Source: Vicugna vicugna
Lineage: Eukaryota
Direction: 5' to 3'
DNA: 64,000 nucleotides
Assembly: GCA_013265495.1 (NCBI GenBank)
Contig: MU061579.1
Location: 1,795,319-1,859,318, forward strand
Shown here one piece after another: positions 53,512 to 64,000 of the stretch (its first letter is position 1; each line of letters starts with the position of its first letter). The position numbers and the translations under genes were made by a program. The notes beneath the pieces were generated by a model that worked only from the letters and a program-made list of their open reading frames with translations, did not search any database and was not told the origin of the DNA.

Positions 53512-55240
53512 TAAAAACACCATTCTGTTCTTTTGATCAGAAGAGGCCTGAACCCTACATAAATCTCTTGTTAGTGTGGATAATTTGATTCTCTCATTGT
53601 AAGATTCTTAGGAACGCCTCTGTACCCTGTGAATCTTGATACACTCTTCTTGTATATATATATATGCTTGTGGGTCTTTCTTAATATATTTACCACCCCA
53701 AGAGGTGGGGCTTTCTATCTGGAAATACTTGTCTTTCTTTAACTTTCAGCAATTTTCTTCTATTTTTCATTTTCCTATTGTCCCTTTGTCCTTTTCAATC
53801 AACAAATTATTTTAAAGCATCTGGATTTATTAAATTCTCTCCTACTCTCAATTGCTTGGACCACTCGTGCTACGTTCTTTGTCTCAATCTTCCACTCACT
53901 CACTTGATCTTTAGCTGTGTCTATGCTCCAAGCATCTCAACTGTTAGAATTATGCTTTAATAATTTAATATTTCTGATATTTAAGGACTACAATTGCGCC
54001 TATTTCACTGTATCTTATTTTTAAAGTATATAGTTGCAAAATCCAATTAAGTCGATGTAAGATTTTGATCACAGTAGAAATAATTTACTACATGTGGTGA
54101 ATGATTTACCAAAATAGTAGAAATAATTTACCAAAAGTTTAATGAGAGGAAGCAGAGAGTAGACATACTTTAAGGAAAAAGTCATTCATCAGCCATTTCC
54201 ACAGCAGGGCCAGTACAATAACTGAAGGAGGATTTGCCATTTTGTGTGGATTGTGACCGTGTGCGACCTGCCAGGCTGTGAATGGCCAGTCAGTGCTGGT
54301 TGATCCACACAGCTTGGACAGCAGTGCTGATTGTAAGAGGATAATTGAACATGGCTCTATCAAAAAAGATTTCTTGCTGTAAAAATACTATAAATGTCAT
54401 TGAACCAAGGCAATTTACAACTAGCATGAGGTGTCATAGATGGACATGCTGAAAGAAGTTCGAAAAACAAAGGTGTAACAGATATTATTGCTGGAACTTC
54501 GAAAGAGAGATTGTGTCATTTCCTCTTAGATGCTGAGCATGCCATTACTTCAATGACTACAATTTCTCAAGGAAAATGTTTTTGAGCATGGCATTGGAAC
54601 TAGGAAAATATTTTTGTTACATAAACATTTTAAAAAATGATGTCATGACTTAATATGTTTGGCATATTAGTTCTTATCATTATATATTTAATATTTTATG
54701 TTATTTTGGTCATTATTCGGGTTAATTCATGTGATTTTAAACCACACAAAGTGATGTTATATATTTAATGAATGTTTTCATTGGTTTCAACTACATATGT
54801 ACATAGAGATATACCTTTGATAATACTTTCTTGATTTTTAAAATATAAAATTTCAGGTTAAAAATCTACATATTATCTGTGGTAAAAATTTGTTGCACTT
54901 TATTTCTATATTATCACTATATTGTCTGTGAATACACACAGAGGGAACATGAGGAAGACACGCAGCTCAGATCACTCAACCTCTTTTATCCTTACCTACT
55001 CTAAGTCAGTAAATCACAGTGGAAAGTCTACAGTGGCACTTGCCCAGGCTCCCTTGAAGCCAGGAGTGGCTTTACAGTGAAATGTCAGCACAGGTCTGAT
55101 GACACTAACTCCTCCTTCTCTGCTTCCCTCTTCTTTCTTGGAACACACAGACATGCTATTACCAAGAGGATAAGGAGGAAAATAATTGCACAAACTTTGG
55201 CAAAGAGTCATTAGTTCAGCAGCTGCCTCTCTCCCAACTT

Positions 55241-55497
55241 CTTTGTTTGTTTGTTTGTTTAATTGAAGTATAGTTAGTTTACAATGTTGTGTCAATTTCT
55301 GGTGTACAGCATAATGCTTCAGTCATATGTATACATACATATATTCCTTTTCATACTCTTTTTCATTATAGGTTACTACAAGATATTGAATATAGTTCCT
55401 CATGCTATAGAGTAGAAACTTGTTTATCTATTTTATATATAGTAGTTAGTACCCGCAAATCTCGAACTCACAATTTATCCTTCCCCAGCCTTTTCCC
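55241..55497 (-). mobile_element. Young L1 3'UTR fragment inserted in an MaLR-like LTR
   Basis: (TTTG)n tail then aattgaagtatagttagtttacaatgttgtgtcaatttctggtgtacagc; TSD cccaactt (55233-55240, 55498-55505). Confidence 0.9.
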
Positions 55498-58400
55498 CCC
55501 AACTTTTTACTATGAGAGAAAGAAACATTATTCATATGTTTATAACAACAAAAGTCAAGTTTTCTGTTATTTTCAGCTGAAATCTTATTTCACTGACATT
55601 AAAAGATTGATTTGTAGACGAAATTGGATTTATACTATCAATGTCATTTGAATCTCCTATATGTTAAACTGAATTTCTTTTAAGAGTTAGTAAAGCAATA
55701 AAAATAGAAGTGAAAGGGAAGAAATTACTGAAAAATCAGATCATATTTTTACAAACGATATGTTTGTAAAAAGTGATACCAAATTTAAGAAATATGTTAA
55801 GAATAATTATGCTGTTAGAGACGTTATTTTAACAATTTAAGCTTCTTAATATTCTACTGACTCTCCTCTGTGAAAAATGAGGAAGCTGCTATACTGGGCA
55901 TCCCTGCTGACTCCCATTCTTCTCTCTCATTGTTTTGTTAATTGAGTTATTATTTTACAGTGATAAGATTTATAATATTCACATTTTATCAATATTTTGA
56001 AATAGTAGGTTTCTTTATTTTTTTAAGAGACATAATGCCCACACCTTACTTCTCCATTCCTGCTTTCTGCAATTATTTGGCTGAATATTTGGCTATATTT
56101 TGCTAAGGACCTCAAATATGTTTTTCCCTAAGATTCTGGCAGAATGAAAAATTTTTGTCTGTTGCCTTTGTAATTGAAGGAAATTTAGCCTTGTATGAAT
56201 TACTGAGCCGCTTTTTGTTTTTCAAGAACTACACAGATATTACTCAATTGTAATTTTAAAACGATCTTTATTTCAGGAAAATTTTTCTTTCCATCACACC
56301 TAAATCCTCATATCCCATTTAGTTCTTTGTCAGAAGCCACAATTTTGCTTATGTTATTCTTCTTAAGAATATTGCATATTCCAAATCCTTTATCTTCTCA
56401 AAAGTCATCCATTAATCACTTTACATTTCAATATTTTATTATCCATTATGAGATGATCACTCATAATCATGGTAAGATTTTGAGTTGCATTTGTTTTTAT
56501 GTCCCTTGCTTCTAATATGAAGATATCTTTTTCTGGCCTATTATTTTCTGCTAGATGCTTTTCACCTCTTTCACATTTCTATAATCTATTCTTCAATCAT
56601 ATCTACCTAATCCTGGAGCTTCTTTGAAGCTATGTTTCTTACAAATGTTACTTGTTTTCTTAGATAAATGCTCTTGGAACATAGCGTCTTCACTGTTTCA
56701 GCCTTGCGTGCTTCCTCTTTTTTAGTGGACAGGTCACGTCTTGTGTCTTTCCTGCTTATCAATCATCCTTTAGTGGAGTCAACTGTTTGTTAGCAAAGAT
56801 TTATGGAAATTAGAGACTGCAGTAAGATGGGGCAGCTCTCAGCTTCAGTTACGGTATGTCGTATCAACATAACATTTGTTTTGTTCAAAGGAAGAAAAAC
56901 ATTTCTGCATTTTTGCTGTTTAAAATCTGTGAATCACAGATAAGCCCTTTATAGCTCAGGCTCTCTGTGTTGATAGTTTTCTTAGCTTTTCTTCCATCAC
57001 CCTGCCTTACATCTGTTCATCCCCCTCGGTAAAAGTTGGACTGTAGTATTTATCAATACAGATTTTCATTTGAGTCCACCTTTCAGTCCATTGTGCAGAA
57101 CCTAAGTAGGTCATTCCTAGGACACAGTTCTAGAGTTTATCACTCTCACCACTAGTCAATTTCATATCACTTTCAAAACTATGATATTTATTTTAGGGGG
57201 AAATTTAACTTTTGTTTTAAAGAGTAATAAGCTACAGAAGACCCCCAGAAATAATAGCCTTAAATTTTGGGTGAGACTTGACTTTACCATGTAAATAAAG
57301 TAATGGCAATTGCCTACCATGTTTAAACAAACTGTGTTCATTCTCTGAAATACAGAATGCCTGTCTACAAAAGGAAGAGATCATACAAGCTGAAAATCTC
57401 CTATTAAAAGTCCTTCTTGGTTTAGAATTTATTTATTTACTTCTGATGGCTCTATTAAAATTTGATGTGGGTTTGGCAAGAAAAGCAGTCCCTCGTTGTC
57501 TTCAATGAGCTAAGACATTTTATGTTTGACTATCACACAGGGTCCATGGCTTGTGCCTCTAGGAAAGCAGTTCAAGCCAGAACCTCTGTTCTCCACATGT
57601 GTTCTCCTGGAGGGACTTGCTGAGGACTGGCTCTACATCACAGGAAATATCTCTGCCATCTTCCCCCACTATTGAAGCTCCCATGTTTACTGCCTTTTAG
57701 ACAGGCGAATAATCAAACCAAATTATCAGAGAGAGGGCAGAAGTATGGCAGGTAATATCTGGGCATTACTAGGGTCTTTGATGTAAATTGCTTGAAATTT
57801 ATACATAATGGGATATCCTTATTAATTCTAGCTATATGCTACTTTAAAAATCTACCCTGGTGGTTGAGCTTTTTATCTAGGGAGTCTGTTATGGTATTAA
57901 GCAAATTCCAACTTCTGTCATAACTATTCGTATGCTTTGTTATTTTTGCTACTATATAGATAACACTGTAAAGGCAAATACTGCTATACTTCAGCTTGTG
58001 GTCATTCCTGTAAAATCTTCATCCTAATTACTCAATAAAAGCTTGATGAATAAATGAAATTGTTTTCAAAAAGACAACATATTTCTAACAAAAGGAAACT
58101 ATAAGCCAAGCTGTAATTATTGGATGACAGGGGTAAAAAAATGTACCATAAAATATAGCTGAAAAAAAGAGAATAAGTATATTTACATAAACTCTATTTT
58201 TATGGCAAGATATATGTTCTATTTTGTTTGAACATAGAGACTTGAGGAGTATTATTAAGAAGCCTATGTTAAACCACAGTGGCAAATCAATCATAGAGTT
58301 TTAATCATTTAACACACAAGGATTTTTATTTCTATCTCTCAACATATAGCTAATGTTGGTCAGGATAGGAGAAAGTTTCTCTGTTCACACCTTCACTCAC

Positions 58401-59499
58401 AGACCCAGGCTGATTGAGCCTCTATCATCTGACAATTACAAAGGGACCTCGTGACCTCCTTTTTCATTCTAATGAGTGAAAAGAGGGCATAGCACACTTG
58501 CTACCTTACACTTCATTCCTTTACTTCAGAGATGAATACCTTCTGCTTAGAACCCATTGGCTAAAAGAAGCCACGTCACCTCTCCTGAATGCACAGAGGC
58601 TGTAAAATATGGGGGGCCATACAGCTATTTTGATAACAGTAATTATTTTTCCTGTGGGAGAAGAGAGATAAAGCCCAATTAAATATATTTTGTGGTGTGT
58701 GTGTGTGTGTGCGTGTTTGTGTAAAGTTTAAGTGCATCAGTCAACAAACATATTCTAACAAATATTGTGTCATCTGTTTGGGAATATAGAATATACTAAA
58801 ATGTATAAGGCGTGCTACCTGCCTCAAAAAGTCTTCATTCTAATTGTGGACAAATATCTAGTTATTAAATATCCTATCTATACAAATTATCTTGTCATTT
58901 AAGTATCTGGGGATCTTTTAGTGGGGACCAAAAAGTAAATATACCGGATTTAAATACTGCTTGTTATTAAATAAGCTGTCTGTATTCCTGTCAAAAATCA
59001 CTATGGCATTCACCAAACCACATGCAAGGTTTAGGAATTACACAAATGCTCTTTTCTAAATACAAACGGGTGGGTCTTAGAAATCTACTGCAGATCCTTT
59101 TATCTCATATTATTATTTTGGCTTTTTTTTAATTTTGCTTTGAATATAAAAATTAGAATATTAGATTAAAATTTCATATATTTCTTTGGTAAAATAGCTT
59201 AGAAAATCACATCTATGTTTCATCTGTTTACAAAAGAGATTACGTGGCAAGTAAGAATATTTTCAGCAATGTGGAAACTCAAGTCATTTTTCTTCCCTTA
59301 TTTTACTATTTTCCCAAGAAGAATACAAAATAATACATGGTGAAGCAAATAACTTATGATGTATTGCAGTAATACTCTCACTACAATCACCAAAAAGTTC
59401 AAGAACAAAGCGGAAGTTCAAGACATGAGATGCCTGGGTAACTTTGTACTAACTCAATAATACTTAGAAAATAAATAAAACTTTCTGTTTTAGGTTATA

Positions 59500-61700
59500 G
59501 TCCTGACACTTTCTAGTTACCTTTTTTATCTCATGAAGTACGTCTAAAGAAGTTTTCAATAAGTAGATTTAGAAAGCATTAAAGATTAGGTTAATTGAAT
59601 AAATGCATATATTGATTTGGAGATAATTTATATATTATGACATAATTTCCTCCCATCCAAGAAGATGGGATGACTTTACTCTCATGCAGATCTCATTTTG
59701 TATTTTAATAATGTGCTCTCACTTTGTCTATAGACATTCTTTGTCTTCTTGTGAAACTTATGGATAACTATTTCATAAAGCTTCTTGATTTTGTTTTGTT
59801 GAATTTGTTGCTGCTGTTTGTTTTGAATTGATTAATTTTCCCCATTTATTTCTCTAGATATTCAGTGCTAAAGTCAAGACAACCTTCTAATTTTTTTTAA
59901 CTATTAATTTTATATGAAGTTACTAATCAAATTACTTAATTCATTTCAGTAGTTTGAGAATAAAGATCAGGGTTGTAGTTACAAATCTTATCATCACAAG
60001 GAAACATAATTTTATGTCTTTTTTTCCAAAATGTCTGATTGATTTTTATGTTCCTATATTTGCTAAAAACTCAAGAAAATGTTACCTAATATGGTAGAAG
60101 TTGGGTACACATTAAGTTCTTTATTCTAAATAATTTTAGAATTTTGTCCTATAGGATGTTTGCTAAAGGATTCTAGTAAGTGGTTTTATTAATTTTTTCC
60201 TTCTATTCCTGTTATACCCATATTTTTCATTAGGAATGAATTTTGTTATTACTTTATTACTTCCAAATGTCTTATTGGAACCTACCCACAGAATTTTGCG
60301 TTTTTTTTTTTCTTTTTGAAGATGTGAAGGTAAAAAATACATAAAATTTGTGACACTGAATCACACTTTGGTTAATGGAATAAATCCTGCTTAGTAATTT
60401 CACATTATATTCTCATGCATTGATTGCTTGCATCTATTTTTTCAAATTTTATGTAGGATATGTTTTATATATTCATAAATAATTTCTCTTTCTATCTCTC
60501 TCTCTCACTCTTTCTCTCTCTTTTCCCTTTTGAGATTGGAAATTTAAATCAAGCTAGTTTCATAAAATAAACTGGAAAATTCTTTCTCTCTTTTTACATG
60601 TTGAAATAATTTAAATGAAATGAGAATGAAGTTATCTAATGGTTGATTAAAACTTAGTTGCTCTAGTTTTTAAACACATATTCTCTTCCTTCTGTTGTAA
60701 TGCATTCTTTCAATTTGTCTACTTCTTGGATCAACTTCAGTAATTTGTATTTGTTAGAAATTATACATTTCCTCTAGGTTTTTCAAATGTGTTCTGTAAA
60801 GTTGAATGTGGAATAATGGTTAATGCTGGGCTTTCTCCTATATTATTTCTTCTTTTTCACTCCCATTCATGTATAAGTTTACCTTCTCCCCTTTTAAATA
60901 AATTTCATTTGACTTTTAAAAATATGATCTTCTGAATTTATGTATACTGACTACTATTTTTTCTTTTTCTTAACTTTTATTCTACCTTTATTGAATTCAT
61001 CTTCCTATTTTACTTTGGTTTATGTTATTGAATTACGGTGTTCATTGCCTAATTGTTTAAAAGAAGTAAACATTAAAATTGGGCACTCTTTTTTTTTATA
61101 ATGATGGTATGTAAGACTATGAATTTATCCTAGGTTGATAAAATCCTAGGTTGATAAATTCATCCCACAGGTTTTGATATGAAGTGTTCTCATATTTATT
61201 GCTTACGATTTATTTTTTTATTTTCAATTGGAATTCCCTGTAGTTCCAAGAGTACTATAAAATTATATTTCTAATTTCAAAAGTACTTAGAATTTTACAA
61301 TTATCATATTATTTAGTTCTATTTTCTTGGGATGACCAAAAACTGGGACCTAAAGATGTTAAGCTTTATGGGATTTGTAAATAATTGCTTTGGGGACTTA
61401 TTTACGAGTTCTAGTATGTGAGCTACTTTGTAAATTTTCCACAGACAAAAAAAAAATCATTCTTATGAGATAGCCATGAGTCTATGTATTCCTATTAAAC
61501 TGATTTTATTAATTGCATTTGTGTTCTGTGTTAATATTTATTGTCTTTGGTATCAATCAAACTTTAAAAAATTATTAAAATCTACAATCCTAAATTTACT
61601 ATTTTTTTATTTTCATGTTTTTCTTTTATAAATTTGGCTGCTGTTTGCTCTGTAAAGTTTTTCAACTCTTTTATCATCTACATGTTTTCAAATCATCAAA
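59500..61700 (-). mobile_element. Highly degraded ancient L1 (L1ME-like) ORF2 region
   Basis: T-rich antisense L1 motifs (tcctcccatccaagaagatgggatg, ggaataaatcctgcttag, atcccacaggttttgatatgaagtgttctcat); boundaries approximate. Confidence 0.65.
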
Positions 61701-61710
61701 AAATAATCCT

Positions 61711-62862
61711 GCTTGGAAGATTAATATTGTTGAAATGACCATGCTACCCAAAGCAATCTACTGATTTAATGTGATCTCTATCAAATTACCTATGACAGTT
61801 TTCACAGAATTAAAATTTATAAGGAACAAATAAAATTTATAAGGAACGACAACAGACCCAGAATTGCCAAACCAATCCTGAGGACAAAGAACAAGGCTGG
61901 AGGCATAACCCTCCCAGGCTTCAAACAATACTACAAAGCTACAGTAATCAAAATAGCATGGTGTTGGCACAGAAACAGTCATATGGACCAACGGAACAGA
62001 ATAGAGAGCCCAGAATAAACCCATACACCTACAGTCAATTAATCTTCGATGAATGAGGCAAGAATAAACAAAGAATATACAATTCAGCAAGTGGTGTTGG
62101 TAAAGCTGGACAGCTGCATGTAAATCAATTAAGTTAGAATACTCCTTCACATCATACAAAAAAATAAACTCAAAATGGCTTAAAGACTCAAACATAAGAC
62201 ATGATACTATAAACCTCCTATAAGAGAATATAGGCAAAACATTCTCTAATATAAATCATAGAAATGTTTTCTTGGATCAGTCTCCCAAGGCAATAGAAAC
62301 AAAAGCAAAAATAAACAAATGGTACCTAATCAATCTTACAAGATTTGCACAGCAAAGGAAATCATAAATATAACAAAAAGACAACCTACAGACTGGGAGA
62401 AAATATTTGCAAATGGTGCAAACTATAGGGCTTGCTTTTGAAAATATACAAATAGCTCATACAACTCAATATCAAAAAAACCCAAACAACCCAAGCAAAA
62501 AATGGGCAGAAAACCTACAGAAACCTTCTTTGTTTCTCCAAAGAAGACATACAGATAGCCAAAAGGCACATGAGAAGATGCTCAACATCACTAATTATCA
62601 GATAAATGCAAATCAAAACTACAATAAGGTATCACCTCATACCAGTCAGAATGGCCATCATCAAAAAGTCTACAAATAAATGCTGGAGAGGGTGTAGAGA
62701 AAAGGAAACCCTCCTACACTTTTGATGGGGATGTAAGTTGGTGTAGCCATTATGGAGAACAGTATGACGATTCCTTAAAAAAGTAAAATAGACTTACCAT
62801 ATGATCCAGCAATCCCACTCCTGGGCATATATCTGGAAAAGACCAAAAAAATAAAAATAAAA
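61711..62862 (+). mobile_element. Younger L1 ORF2 fragment (post-RT to C-terminal region), frameshifted
   Basis: ggaagattaatattgttgaaatgaccatgctacccaaagcaatctac...ttaccatatgatccagcaatcccactcctgggcatatatctgg; ends in an A-rich tract. Confidence 0.95.
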
Positions 62863-64000
62863 ACCCTTTAATTTTAATTTCCTCTTTTTTGCTGCTTTTC
62901 TTAAGAATATATAACTCAGTAGTATTTTGTGAACTACCTAAGAATCTCTTTTTTTAAAAATGGAAGAATTCAATGTATTCACAATCAATGATGATGCACA
63001 GACAATTATATTTCTTACATCTCAAATAATTTAAAAAAATTTGTTAGTTGTTTATTTTGTTTTTCTATATTTTGCTGGCCAGATAATTTTCTTAAGGAAA
63101 AAACCCTTGTGTTTTAGTCAACTATATTTTGAAGGGGTTGGGAGGTGGTAATAAACAACCTAATATCCCCATGTTTTCTAACAATAAGCAAAAAAAAGTA
63201 ATATAGTTCATAATTTCATTATACATCATGTTCTTAGTCTCTGTTCCCTGAACCATGTTCAAAGAAAAACATTTAATGAAGGCCATGTTAATCCATTGAA
63301 AGGGTTTGCCAGAGCATTGAGGGACTTCCCAATCTAGGCTATTTTTATTTCCATATTATGTTTACATAAGCGAGAGTCTACTGAATATTTAGGACTGCAA
63401 AATATGAGTGATTGTTTTCCAACTTCTGATTAACTGCCACCACCAACATTTCGTAGTTTAGTTCTGTTTTTCTTTTTTTAGGAATAATTCTGTTTTACCC
63501 AGCCTTGCTGCAGCACAATCACAGATACTCAGTGTCCTCAATAAAAAACATTTATTTCTCATGCACAACCTACATGGAAAGTTACACATCAGTTTCAGCA
63601 GCTCTACTATATGAGTCTGCTTATATTATTATCCAGGCTGAAGAAATAGCTCTTATTTGGATATGTTATGCTAGTGGCATAAGGACAAAAGCAAAAGAGA
63701 GAGCTGAATCTTACCCCGTGCTTAAAGCTTTCATTTCCAAGAGGGTATGTTCTATCTACTTTGATTCCATTGGCCAAAGCTAATCAAATGGTGAAGTAAA
63801 CGGTCAGTGGGTCAGGGACATAAAAATCTACCTACAGAAGGAACTGCAGGTCACATGGGAATAGGAGGAGATGGTTAATCCTCTTATACTGGATAGAAGG
63901 ACTGAATACTCAAGGACAATACTATGCTCTATGTCCATCCTTCTTATTAATTCTGAAGACCTCTTTTACTTTATCTTTCCTTCAGTGGCTACCTCCACTC

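Noticed and set aside
61758..62237. Longest ORF in the track (159 aa, minus strand)
   Set aside because: Antisense reading of L1 ORF2

Overview
AT-rich, CpG-poor mammalian DNA, probably camelid. The young repeats are cetartiodactyl-type L1 3' ends, and I saw no Alu, B1, PRE1, CHR/Bov-tA or Can-SINE. Most of the window is interspersed repeats: many 5'-truncated L1s with readable TSDs, older L1M/L2/MIR, MaLR/ERVL LTRs, a MER82-like Tigger and hAT MITEs. The unique sequence supports the 3' end of a large minus-strand gene that I could not name: a canonical 72-nt exon at 37751-37822 and a candidate terminal exon at about 8480-9035/9087, with competing acceptors and an ATTAAA/UGUA poly(A) region. 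Best curiosities: an intact 676-bp solo LTR with a 6-bp TSD (ERVK-like), a short LTR-like polyadenylated insert with a 17-bp TSD (L1-retroposed transcript), L1 3'UTR copies sharing nearly the same 5' end, a short interstitial telomeric repeat and several repair/slippage scars. I found no convincing new multi-gene system. Repeat family names are from recall of consensus sequences, not from a database search.
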